Below are positions 12,010 to 24,500 of a DNA stretch of 64,000 nt, piece by piece. Under the pieces are notes generated by a model that made no database searches, was not told the origin of the DNA, and saw only the letters and a program-made list of their open reading frames with translations. The stretch comes from Felis catus (lineage: Eukaryota): contig NC_058383.1 of assembly GCF_018350175.1 (NCBI RefSeq), positions 9,984,001 to 10,048,000 on the forward strand, given 5' to 3'. The stretch's first letter is position 1; every line of letters begins with the position of its first letter. Made by a program: the position numbers and the translations under genes.

Positions 12010-14047
12010 GGGACGCCTGGCTGGCTCAGTGAGAAGAGCGAGCGGCTCTTGATCTCAGGGTCGTGAGTTCAAGCCCCACGTTGGCTGTAGAGATTACTTA
12101 AACAAACAAACAAAAATCATGCTAGTGTCACTCATGGGGCCCACCCTCATGACCTGTCAGCTGCCAAAGACCCCACCTCGTTACGTTACCTGCACACAGA
12201 GGGTTGGATTTTGGCCCAGGAATTTGGGGGGACACAGACACTCGGTCTATAAGATGTACGTGCCATCTATAAGCAAGCCCCAAACTGGAGACGGCCCAGA
12301 TGTCGGTCACCAGAACAAACTGTGCCACGTCCATACAGTGGAGCCCCACTCGGCAATAAGAGCAAACAAATCACAGAGACTCACAATGACACAGAGGAGT
12401 CGCATAGACACCACGCCGAGCGCTAGGAGCCAGACACAAAGAGCAAATACCGTAGGATCCCATTTATAAGACGGTCCAGAACAGGTGCAGCAGAGCTGAG
12501 ACACAAGCAACAAGAACAGCAGAGCGTCTGGCTGGAAGGGGACACGAAGCAGCCCTCGGTGGGGGGGGGGGTGCTGGGGGACGGCGGGGGCGGGGGGGCG
12601 GAGCACACATGCTCTGTTTCTTGATCTGGGTGGTGGTCACAGGGCCGTGTTCACTTTGGGATTTTTTTGTTTTTTAATTTTTTTTATTTTTGAGCAAGAG
12701 CATGCGAGCAGGGGAGAGGGGCAGAGGGAGAGAGAATGTTAAGCAGGCTCTGTGCTAAGTGTGGGGCTCGAGCCCACAACCCTGGGATCGTGACCTGAGC
12801 CAAAATCAAGAGTCAGATGCTCAACCGACTCAGCCACCCAGGCTCCCCCATATTCACTTTGTTACTAATTGGTCAAGCTGAACATGCAAGACTTGTGCAT
12901 CTGAACGTAAATTATATCTCAGTTAAAAAAAAACACACAAAAAACAACTATATGCATGTATCACTTTAATTACAAAAGTATTGGGTCACCTGGCTGGCTT
13001 AGTTGGAGGAACATGTGACTCTTGATCTCGGGGTCATGAGTTCGAGCCCCATGCTGGATGTGGAGATTACTTAAAAATAAAAATCATTTAAAAAATTACA
13101 AAAGTGAGGTGCCTAGATGGCTGAGTCGGTTAAGAGTCTGACTCGTAATTTCAGCTCAGGTCATGATATCGTGGTTTGTGGGTTCGAGCCCTGTGTTGGG
13201 CTCTGCCCTGGCAGTGCAGAGTCTGCTTGGGATTCTCTCTCCCTCTATCTCTGCCCCTCCCATGCTCTCTCTTTCTCTCTCAAAATAAATAAATTTTTAA
13301 AATGCTACCTTTTAAAAAAAATCACAAAAGTATTATAAGTAAACAAAAGCACCCCAATTTTACTCACCTGTAAGAATGTCTTTGAGTCTGGATAGACACA
13401 CCTCCCACTGCCAACAGGGAACCTTCCAGAGAGGGGGAAGAGAAGGCATGAAGAATGTGAATTTTCACTTTTTTAAAAAATGTTTTAATGTTTATTTTTG
13501 AGAGAGAGAGAGAGAGAGAGCATGAGCTGGGGAGGGACAGAGAGAGACGGAGAAACAGAATCCAAAGCAGGCTCCGGGCTCCGAGCTGTCAGCACAGAGC
13601 CCAATGTGGGGTTCGAACCCACGAACCATGAGATCATGACCTGAGCCGAAGTCGGACGCTTAACCAAATGAGCCACCCAGGTGCCCCTGGATTTTCATTT
13701 TTTTTTTTCATTTTTTTTTTAACGTTTATTTATTTTTGAGACAGAGAGAGACAGAGCATGAATGGGGGAGGGTCAGAGAGAGGGAGACACAGAATCTGAA
13801 ACAGGCTCCAGGCTCCGAGCTGTCAGCACAGAGCCCGATGCGGGGCTCGAACCCACGGACCGCGAGATCATGTCCTGAGCCGAATCAGCTGCCCAACCGA
13901 CTGAGCCACCCAGGCGCCCCTGGATTTTCACTTTTTTTTTTTTTAAAGTTTATTTATTTGTAATCTCTACCCCCAAGATGGGGCTCAAACTCATGACCCC
14001 GAGATCAAGAGTCTCACGGTCTGCCAACTGAGCCAGCCAGGCGCCCC
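12010..14047. mobile_element. Cluster of 7 Can-SINEs within L1/MLT remnants: + 12010-12116, - 12661-12849, + 12983-13094, + 13107-13321, - 13469-13687, - 13699-13920, - 13932-14047
   Basis: Each has the tRNA-derived head and A-rich tail; several show target-site duplications. Confidence 0.9.
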
Positions 14048-16512
14048 ATTTCACTTTCTATTGAGTAAACTCGAAAGTGTGCACAGAACATAGTGCTAGT
14101 TTTTAAAATATGTGTGATTATAAATTATATATATTCTGTTTCTTTCTCTTTAAAAAGAATAATCAGAAAGCAATGGTGATGAAGAGTCCACAGTCAGCAG
14201 AGGGTTGTCCTGAGCCAAGATGTGGCCCAAGCCCAGGGAGGCTGCACAGATTAGCTAAAATGACAGGTGCAGAGCACGGTTTGAACCCAGGCAGCTGAAT
14301 CCAGAAACTGTGTTCTGAACCATCCTGCGTGCGGCCTAGAGGCGTCAAAGATCCACGTGTGGTTTGCCCCAGGGGGGTGGGGATGCCTGCAGAAATGGAG
14401 TACAGGCCACAGGAGAAGACGTATGGGAAGGGGGCTTCTGTCCTTCTCGTGGGATAATGCTCCCCTTGCCTCTCCCCAGAGCACACCCAGGAAGGACAAG
14501 CAACCGGCGAGGAGCAGGGAGGGACCAAGATGGAGGGACATCCTCCCTGCCTGTGCCGCAGCTGGGAGAGACACGATGACGGGGCCATGGACGCGGGGAC
14601 TCCCTGGTGGGATGACCTAAGGCAGAGAGGTAAGGCAGGGCATAGGCCAAGTGTCTGGCCCAAGGTCCAGCTGACCACTCAGCCTCAGTTTCCTCATCTG
14701 TAAAATGGGGCAAATAAGGTCATGGGTATGAAAGGGCCTCACAGGACACAGGGAGTGGTTGGGACCATAATCTGAAAGAGTCGGAGCCTGGAAGGGGAGG
14801 CAGTCTGGGCTGTGAAGCAGTGGGAGGCCCTCCCTGGGCCATACTGGGGGGGGGGCCTGGGGGCAGCGTCCACACCTTTTCCTCCACACGTCCGTCCCTG
14901 GCTGAGGGAGGCCACGGTCCGGAGTGGCTAAAGGTCATGCTTCTGCATCTGACAGGCCTTGTCAGGCTTCTGCCCTCACACCTTGAGAGGCCAGTGTGGC
15001 CTAGAGCCAGGCTCCTATGCTGGCTGCCCCGGAGGCGGGGGCTGGGGCGGGGCAGGAGGAAGGCTCCAGAACACGTTCAGGAGCTCAGGACCGTCCAGCC
15101 TGGAGCCTCCCCAGGCAGGGGCGGAGTAAGGAGGTGAGACCCTTGGTGGTCAGGGCCCACTTGCCCCACAGGCAGGTGACTTTCCCTGGGGAAGCCCCAG
15201 AGGCCAGCCCTGCAGACCGCAGCTTCAGAGGGGGGGTGGTCCCGGGCCCTGGAGCCAAGGGAGAACCCGGGCTGGGGAGCCCGAGGCCCGTCCGCTGCCG
15301 GGACAGCCTGTGGGCCTGGACCCGAGGCCCCCGGCTGCGCTGGGCAGGGCGGCAGAGGCAGCAGGGGCCGGGCTGGGGCCTCCTTCCTCCCTGCTCGGCA
15401 GCTGAGGTTATTTTTTTCCCCTCCGCTGCTGCTGAATTTCCCTTCAAGTTGGATAAATAAGCAGCAGGTTCCAACGTCAACGAAACAGGAGCTGGAGCTG
15501 CCGCACAAAAGCGGCTTTCAGTAGCCGCGGGCGCCTCCCGGCCGCCCTGGCCCCAGGGTGGCTGCAGTAGCCCCAGCAGGGCTTGGGGCTGGACACAGGA
15601 CGAGGGGCTCCCCAGAGGAGGGATGCCTCTTCCCGGCAGCAACCCCAGAGTCCCTGCGCTGAGAGGGCCTGCTTCCTGCTCATAGCTCTGCAACCCTCTG
15701 CCTCAAATACCTCTCCCCTTCCCTTGGCCCGGTGAGAGCACCTTCCTCTCCAACACTCACGCACTCGCACTCGTCACCTCTTTGGGTCCCTGCCTGCACC
15801 CGCCCCCTGCCGCAGAGCCCACGCTTGTCCTTTGCCCCCCATAGCATGCCCTCCCTTAAAATCTTCCCAGGCTCCCCCGTTGCCCAACGATAAATCCCAG
15901 ATTTCCAGCCTCCACTACGGACCCTGGCAGGCTGCTGCCTTTTTCTCTCCAAAGCTTTTGCAAAGGCTGTGCCCTCTGTCTAGAACACCCTTCCCTCTCT
16001 TCTACCTGGCTCCCACTTAGCTTTGAGACCCAGCTCATGTATCACCTTCTGACACGCACCCTGGCGTCTCTCTAACCGCAGCAATCAGCTGACACCACAG
16101 TGGTGGCTCTCCCATCTACGACTCGGGCTGTCCCTGGGCCACCAGAGAGCAGGCAGCCAGGCTAGCCCGGCCTGTGCTGTGTGTGTGCTGTGTCCTTTGC
16201 TCCCGGCGCAAAGGAGGTGCTCAGTTAATATTTGCTGCCAAAAGATGTGATTCCTACAAAATCACATTAACATTCCACTCATGTAAACTAAATGCAAACC
16301 AAACTGTACTGACCGCAGTCCAGCACCTGGGAAGGGGAGAGAAGGTACAAGACAACTTTTGGGGGTGAAGAATATATTCACGATTATTGTTTTTTAATCC
16401 TGGCACTATTGCTTGCCCTTAAGCCAGTAGCTTTAACTCTCCCTAAGCCCATGAAAACTAAAATAAGAGCCATCTCATAAGGTGTTAAAAGGACCAAATA
16501 AGATATAAATTA

Positions 16513-18620
16513 GGGGTGCCAAGCTGGCTCAGTTGGTAGAACATGCGACTCCTGATCATCTCCGGGTCCTGAGTTCGAGCCCCACTTCGGGCACAGAGCT
16601 CGCCAAAAAAAAAAAAAAAAAAGGTAAATGAATACTTAAAATATGGTACTTTTTTTTAAGTTTATTTATTTAGGGGTGCCTGGGTGGCTCAGTCGGTCAA
16701 GTGTCTGACTTCAGCTCAGGTCACGATCTCATGGTTCATGAGTTCGAGCCCCGCATCGGGCTCTCTGCTGTCAGCGCAGAGCCCGCTTGGGATCCTCTGT
16801 CCCCCTCTCTCACTGCCCCTCCCCTGCTCCCTCTCTCTCTCTCTCTCAAAAATAAATACACTTTTTAAAAAAAAATGTACTTATTTATATCGAGAAAAGG
16901 AGAGTGGGGAGGGGCAGAGAGAGAGAGGGAGAGAGAGAATCCCAAGCAGGCTCTGACCACAGCCCAACGCAGGGCTTGATCCCATGAACCGTGAGATCAT
17001 GACCTGAGCCAAAACCAAGAGTGGGATGCTCAACCAACTGAGCCCCCCGGGCGCCCCAGGACTTATTTTTAAGTTCGTTTCACACTATACTGGCCAGTTA
17101 TTGTATATAACAGTTATGTACTAGTTATTAACATTTGAATGTGCTAGTGCCCGGCAAGATAGTTGCATTTTAACCAGAAGATACTCATTATCTGCGTAGA
17201 TTGCGGTGATGATTCCACAAGTATATCCATACGTCAAAAGTCATCAAATTGTACACTTTATTTTTTTGAAGATTTTATTTAAGTCGTCTCTACACCCAAG
17301 GTGGGGCTCAAACTCACAACACCGAGATCAAGAGTTGCACACTCTACCGACTGAGCCAGCCAGATGCCCCAAAATTGTACACTTCAAATATAGTGAATTG
17401 CACATCAATAATGTACCTCAATGATGCTGTAAAAACAATCCTCATATACCCGTTGATCTAACAAGTTCTCAGACTCTATGCTATAAAAATAAAAGCACAA
17501 GTACTTCAGCATTTGACAAACATTTTCTATAAAAGGCCAAATAGTAACTATTTTCTGCTTTGTGGGCCATGTAGCCTCTATCACAACTCCCTCTGCTATC
17601 GTAGCTCAAAGACTGCAGATTCTGTGTCAACCAGTGAGCATGACTTTGTTCCAGTAAAACTTTATTCACAAAAACAGGCAGCGGGTCCAGATTTGGCCCG
17701 TGGACCACCTTTTGCAGACCCTGAATATAGATACATATATTCATTTATCTGCATGGTAATAGAAATCATAACAGAAACCACCTAAATGTCTATCTAAAGG
17801 GGATTAGCTAAATAATTTATAATAATTCCACACAGTGGGAATCAGAGTGACAGTTAAGAAGAATGGCTTAAGGGCACCTGGGTGGCTCAGTCAGTTGAGT
17901 GTCTGACTTCAGCTCAGGTCATGATCTCACGGTCCGTGAGTTTGAGCCCCGAGTCGGGTCTGAGCCTGCTTCGGATTCTGTGTCTCCTTCTCTCTCTGCC
18001 CCTCCCCGGCTCGTGCTCTGTTTCTCTCTCAAAAATAAATAAAAATTTTTAAAAATTAAAAAAAAGAAGAAGAATGGGTAATGGGTTGGATCCTGTGTAT
18101 CGACGCAGGAAGACATTCGTGACAGATTATTTTCAAATAGTTTATTATGAGACTTTAAAATGAACAGAAAGTTGAACCAAGAATGTAGATTCCACCATCG
18201 ACATTGTGCTGTGCTTATTTTAATCATCTATCCATCCATCTATCTATATCCATGATAGATTTTTAGGTGAGGAAAATGAGGTGTAAAGTGTAGAATATTA
18301 ATTCCATTTCAGTAAAACAAAAGCTAAGAAAAGACTAAACTATGCATGTATGTGTTTGCAAAGTAAGAAAGTATCAGAAGAGGTGTCTGAACTTTTTTAA
18401 AAAAATTTTTAATGTTTATTTATTGTTGAGAGAGAGAGAGAGAGAGAGACAGAGTACAAGAGGGGGTGGGGCAGAGAGAGAGGGAGACACAGAATCCGAA
18501 ACAGGCTCCAGGCTCTGAGCTGTCAGCACAGAGCCTGACGTGGGGCTCAAACTCACCGACCGCAAGATCATGACCTAAGCCAAAGTCGGACGCTTATCCG
18601 ACTGAGCCACCCAGGCACCC
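16513..18620. mobile_element. Can-SINE cluster (+16513-16622; -16650-17057 interrupted by +16673-16875; -17261-17370; +17872-18065; -18392-18620) in old L1 fragments
   Basis: Can-SINE heads and tails; L1 3'-region-like AT-rich sequence between them. Confidence 0.85.
17507..17723. mobile_element. MER58A-like hAT-Charlie MITE
   Basis: caaacattttctataaaaggccaaatagtaa...gttccagtaaaactttattcacaaaaacaggcagcgggtccagatttggcccgtggacc...accctg. Confidence 0.85.
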
Positions 18621-21600
18621 TGAGAAGTGCCTGAACTCTTAACGTTGGTTGTCTGAGGGCTGGGTTTGTAAAGAGAGGGGAAAGGATTACTTCTCTCCTC
18701 ACCTCTAATGCTGATCAGTTGTGAAAACTGGAAATGCCCTAATAAGGAGTTTTTTCAATTCTTCTTTAGTAAGAATAGAACAGTCCAGGCCAGCCCTGGA
18801 CACCCCCATAAAGGGAAATCGAGTCAGAACCAGGGTTCAGGGAGGCGGGCCCATTCCCTGAGCACCACCGAGCATGTCAACTGGCCCTGCCCCATGCACA
18901 GGCACGCGTGCACACACACACAAGCAACCAGGCCCCTGCATGTCCCTGTGCGAACGCACACACTTACCTTGCCCCTGCCTCCCCTGTCCCAGCACTGCCC
19001 ACCTCTGCCTGCCCAGACTGTGGCGTCACTCTGCACCTGCCCCTGCCCAGGAGCAGGGGCATCATTGTAGCTTGGCGGGCCCTCCCCAACCTGCGACAGC
19101 CCCCCTGAAGGGTGTCCTGGCACCTGGGCACCCAGAGAAGGTGCGGGATGGGCCTGCTTACTCCCACAAACACCTCTGTGCTCCAGGGCCCAATCAATAC
19201 CCTTCCCCCGCCCTCAAGCCCCATTTGCATTCAGGCTCTTCCAGAAAGATCTCCGCCCCCCTCCTCATTACAACGTGCTTTTCATTCAACAAACTTTGAT
19301 GGGAGCTTGTCCAGGCCAGGCACCCAAGACACCCAGGCTGGTGGGGAAGAGGGCACAGCTACAGGCACCAGGGCCATCCAGCAGGGGAGTGTCCTGGAGG
19401 AGGCAGGGTCAGAGCCAAGCTGGGGAAGGGCAGGGCAGCAAGTGTCCAGTGGGAGTGATATGTGGCCATAGTCAAGGAGACCGTGGGAAGAAGGGCCTCT
19501 GGGAGTGCAGGCGAGGGTGACAAAAGGGGCGTGGGGGACACAGGTGGGGAGGTGTCCCTTCCCACGTGTGCAGGACCCCCAGGAAGGAAGGCCTCTCCTG
19601 GGAGGAGCTGAGAGAGGGTTCCACTACCCCCTCGCCCCTGTCTCCGGCCCCTCTGCCCAGTGAAGCAGGAATGGGGGTGGGCACTGATGGTAATCCCCCT
19701 CCTCCCAGTCCATAGTCTCCCTTTCAGGGAGCCCTCGGGTATTGTTCTGCCTTTGTAAAGAGGGAGATCGAGTGACAAAGCCGGGTGGGTGGGCAGGCGG
19801 CCCAAGAGGCCTCTTCTCTCCAGGCAGCATCTGCATGGGGGAGGGGCCCTTCCACACCCCCACCTCTGGCTTCCCAGGAGCAGCTGTTGCCATGGTGAGA
19901 GTCCAGGCATCCCCCAGCTCCTGGGGCGCCCTCTCCCCCATTGCTACATAGGAAGGGCCCCCAGACCCCTCTCCGCCCTGCTGGGGGAAAGGAGCACAAA
20001 AAACCTGGCTCCCAGGCCAGGGCTGGTGGTGGGAAAAGCCTCCACCGGCCTCAGCCTCCCTGCCCGGCTGCCAGCAGAGGGGCACCTCTGGAGCCCCCAC
20101 CTCCTACACACACCCTGACGCGGGGCCCCCGCTATCATTCATGCACCTCTGCCTCCTGGAGGCCAGACACACAGAGAAATAAAATGTTCCCAAGGTCCTC
20201 GAGCAGCTGCTGGTATTAGGGTGGAGTGGGGATGGATGGAGGGCTAACTGTGAGTGCACAGTGCGGGGACAAGGACCCTGGGCCCACAGAGCAGACCCTC
20301 CAGCTCCATCTAGGAGAGCTGGGCTGGGGGACTGCCCCTGCGAGGTGATGCTGGAGGCCGGTTGTGCCAAGCAGGGCAGGAGAGAAAGGCCTCCTGGTCT
20401 GGGGAGATTGGAGGCATGATGGCAGGATGTGGCTTGGTGCTTCCATTGAGGGGGTGGGGAGGCGGGTGGGGGGGATACAGTGGGCGGGGGAAGTCACGGC
20501 AGGAAATGAAGAGGCGAGTTGGGGGCTGTGCCTGGAAGGGCTTCATCCCCAGGAGCGTGGGCTTCACCCTGGGCAATGGGAAGCTGCTGCTGACATTTTG
20601 GGAAACTGTTATCCTTGACCAGGGGGGTCAATGCCAGGTCCTTTTTTTGCAAGATACCCTACCTCCTTGGGAAGGTCGGGAGCTTGTAGCCGCATCCGTC
20701 GTGGCTCAGGTGGGCTGAGTGCACACTATGCGCTGACCACAAGGCTGTGTGCCCCTCCACGGATGCCCAATCTCACGGGGCCACTCCGAGAGCATGAGGC
20801 TGGGTGCACACCCAACACAGAGCGCCCCCCACCTTTCCTTCTCCCTTCCCTGCAGGCAAGTCTCTACACGGTGTGAGTGCACCAGCCTGAGTCCCCACCA
20901 CGTGCCACAAGGGGCAGGTGCCCTTCCTCTGCTGGTGACAGGCAGCCTCATGCCATGGAAGAGCCTGAACCCCCACCCTGATCCTTCCGAGCTGTGTAAT
21001 CCCAGCAAATTATCTGGGGTTTCCTGTGCCTCAATTCCTCATCTGTAAAATGGTTACAGAAGTCCTTGCAAGACTGTTAGGAGGGATAGAAAGGCCACTG
21101 TGTGAAGTGCCTGGCCCAGGGCCTGCATCGTTCATGGGAGGTCCTGGGCCCCTCTCCCAGCCCCCCTGCAGGGCAGGCCTCTCCCTCAGCCTCTCTCTCA
21201 GCATCCTGAGCAGCTGCTAGTGCGTCTGGACCTGTGGAGTCTGAGTTTTCCAGGTACGTCTAAGTCAAGGGGGTGAGGACAGACGGGGCAGGGCCTGGGA
21301 TGGGGGTGGGACCATAGTCTCTAAGTGAGTCCCAGACCAGAGCAGAGCCCCGTGGGTGGTCTGCTGGGTGGCATTTGTGTTTCCCTGCAGAGCTTCTCTG
21401 GGAGCCATGGTGGGAGGCTGGCAGGGCAGACACAGGTGCTCTGGGACTCCAAGTGGCCCCCAACAACCCCAGGCAGGGTGGGGCGGGGTAGGCCGCTCAG
21501 GGGTCGCAGTTCCAGATCTCACTCATTGTCATGGGCGGACTGAGCCACACCCGTAGGGGGTCACAGATACCGCACTGTGCACTGGTGAACCCACCTGTAC

Positions 21601-21809
21601 CACGAGGACGGTCCTCCTCGCTCCCCGTGGTTGAGGAGCTGCCCATGGAAGCAGGGGGGTAACAGTCTCATGTCATCCTGATGGCTCTCAGGTTTAGGTG
21701 AGGGGGGTATGAAGTGGACTCCTAAGGTACCCGTGGGACGTTGCTGTGTATCGCCCCTCTGCTCTGCAGGCACAGGAAGGAGAACAGGGCTCTGCCGGGG
21801 ACTGGCGGG

Positions 21810-22487
21810 GCAGTGGGGAGTGAATCTTGGAAGTTCTCATCACTGGTGAAAAAAAATGTGTAACTGTGTACCATGCCAGATGGTGACCACTTGACGTGGG
21901 GGCTGATTATTTCCCAATGTGCGCAAACAGCGAGTCATGCTGTGCATGTGAAACTAGTATGAGGTTATGTGTCAATTATACTTTGATTTAAAAAGCCCAG
22001 AGTCCATGGAGCACCTCGGTGACGCTCTGGGGGGTCTGTTGAGCCTCCAACTTCGGCTCAGGTCATGATCTTGCGGATCGTGAGTTCGAGCTCCACATCG
22101 GGCTCGCTGCTGTCAGCCACAGAGCCACTTTGGATCTTCTGTCCCCTTCTCTCTGCCCCTCCCCTGCTTGTCTTCTCCCAAAAATAAATTTTAAAAAATA
22201 ATCAATCAATAAAAAGCCCAGTCTTTCAGCTCTAAGGGAAGCACTTTCTAAGGGTGTCCCAGAGGTGGCCAGGTGGCACCCTGGGGGGGGGGGGGGCGGA
22301 GCCTGTGTCCCCCAGGGGAGAGCAGCAACCTTATGAAACCAGTACGGGGGTGGGGAGAGCGCCTGGCTGGTGCAATTGGTAGAGCACATGAGTCTTGATC
22401 TCGGGGTTGTAAGTTCGGACCTTACTCATTTAAGATTACTTAAAAAAATTAATATCTTAAAAACAAGAAAACAAAACAAGAAAAATA
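21810..22487 (+). mobile_element. L1 3'-end fragment (21810-21995) followed by two Can-SINEs (22008-22215, 22356-22487)
   Basis: tgaaactagtatgaggttatgtgtcaattatac L1 3' terminus; SINE flanked by the duplication taaaaagcccag. Confidence 0.75.
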
Positions 22488-22879
22488 AGTTCGGAGACAG
22501 TAACAAATGCAACACCTAATAGCTGCATACCCGTGGGTATGTCACTCCTCTGAGCCTCAGTTTCCCCACCTGGATTGAGGAGTAGAGACCAATGAAGTCA
22601 AGTGTGCAGCGTGACCCATAAGCAGCATGTGTGCTTGTTTTTACAGGATTATCTATCTGCCTGTTTTACAGAAAAGGAAACTGAGGCTGAGGGAGAAGAG
22701 CCCAAACTCACATACAACTGGTGAAGGCACAGGAAGCACTGGAATACAAGCCGGAGGCTTCCCAACGCGTGGAGGCCTCTAACAATGGTCTGCCGCCTGG
22801 GGTAAAGAAAGGCGAGCCGGGGTGGAGGGCGGGGAAGTCTTCGACTTCGACATGAGTCCCTGGGAGACCGGGGAAAGCA

Positions 22880-24500
22880 AGGGAAGGGGAAGCACCGAGT
22901 GTGAGCGCGCGTGTCCAGGGCGCACGTGCAGCCCATACCGCCGGGACTCGCCTACGCGGATGCGCCGGCGCGGCGGCGAGACGCGGCGCCTTTAAAGCCC
23001 GGCGGGGGGCGTGCCCGGCGCGCGGAGGGCCCGCCTCTGGGCGTGTCCGCCAGGCGCCCCGCCCCGAGGCTTGTAGCGGCGGCCACGGGAGGCGGCGCCC
23101 GCTCTGGCTCCGCGGCCGCTCGAGTGGCAGCGGCTGTGGCGGCTCAGCGGGCTCGGCGCCTCCTCTCCCTCGGGCGGCTTCCCTGCGCGCTGCCGGGGCG
23201 CCCGGACGCACGCGGGCGGCTCGGCGATGGCCAGCGCCCCGCGACGTGGCGGGCGGGCACGGGGGCGCCGGACGGCGCGGCCCGAGTGAGCCGGGGCCGC
23301 CCTCCCGCCCTCGGCCGGGGCCGCCCGGGATGGCCGTGCCGCCGCTCCGCCGGGCGCTGCTGCTGTGGCAGCTGCTGGCGGCGGGCGGCGCGGCGCTGGA
23401 GATCGGCCGTTTCGATCCGGAGCGCGGTCGCGGGCCGGCGCCCTGCCAGGCGGTGGAGATCCCCATGTGCCGCGGCATCGGCTACAACCTGACCCGCATG
23501 CCCAACCTGCTGGGCCACACGTCGCAGGGTGAGGCGGCCGCCGAGCTGGCCGAGTTCGCGCCGCTCGTGCAGTACGGCTGCCACAGCCACCTGCGCTTCT
23601 TCCTGTGCTCGTTGTACGCGCCCATGTGCACGGACCAGGTCTCGACGCCCATCCCCGCCTGCCGGCCCATGTGCGAGCAGGCGCGCCTGCGCTGCGCGCC
23701 CATCATGGAGCAGTTCAACTTCGGCTGGCCGGACTCGCTGGACTGCGCCCGGCTGCCCACGCGCAACGACCCGCACGCGCTCTGCATGGAGGCGCCCGAG
23801 AACGCCACGGCCGGCCCTGCGGAGCCCCACAAGGGCCTGGGCATGCTGCCCGTGGCGCCCCGGCCCGCGAGGCCCCCCGGCGACTCCGCCTCAGGCCCGG
23901 GCGGCGGCGGCACCTGCGAGAACCCAGAGAAGTTCCAGTACGTGGAGAAGAGCCGCTCGTGCGCGCCGCGCTGCGGGCCCGGCGTCGAGGTGTTCTGGTC
24001 GCGGCGCGACAAGGACTTCGCGCTCGTCTGGATGGCCGTGTGGTCGGCGCTGTGCTTCTTCTCCACGGCCTTCACCGTGCTCACCTTCCTGCTGGAGCCC
24101 CACCGCTTCCAGTACCCCGAGCGCCCCATCATCTTCCTGTCCATGTGCTACAACGTCTACTCGCTGGCCTTCCTCATCCGCGCGGTGGCCGGCGCCCAGA
24201 GCGTGGCGTGCGACCAGGAGGCAGGAGCACTGTACGTGATCCAGGAGGGGCTGGAGAACACGGGCTGCACGCTCGTCTTCCTGCTGCTCTACTACTTCGG
24301 CATGGCCAGCTCGCTGTGGTGGGTGGTGCTGACACTCACCTGGTTCCTGGCAGCCGGCAAGAAGTGGGGCCACGAGGCCATCGAGGCCCATGGCAGCTAC
24401 TTCCACATGGCGGCCTGGGGCCTGCCGGCCCTCAAGACCATCGTTATCCTGACCTTGCGCAAGGTGGCGGGCGACGAGCTGACCGGGCTCTGCTACGTGG
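22880..24500. promoter_or_regulatory. CpG island over the FZD9 promoter, 5' leader and 5' CDS
   Basis: Very dense CpG and GC content by eye, GC-box-like runs, TATA-like TTTAAA at 22991-22996. Edges approximate. Confidence 0.9.

Noticed and set aside
1385..21773. Many 60-375 aa ORFs upstream of FZD9 (e.g. 3341-4120, 8808-9935)
   Set aside because: Pro/Gly/Arg-rich translations of GC-rich non-coding DNA, mostly non-ATG starts, with no protein similarity I recognise and no consistent exon structure.
1..22000. Exons of FKBP6, the expected upstream neighbour
   Set aside because: I could not find FKBP/TPR-like coding sequence. A non-coding terminal exon cannot be excluded without alignment.
22901..23329. 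143-aa in-frame N-terminal extension of the FZD9 ORF in the ORF track
   Set aside because: It starts at GTG upstream of the TATA-like box, is low-complexity Ala/Arg/Gly/Pro from CpG-island DNA, and would bury the signal peptide that begins at ATG 23330.
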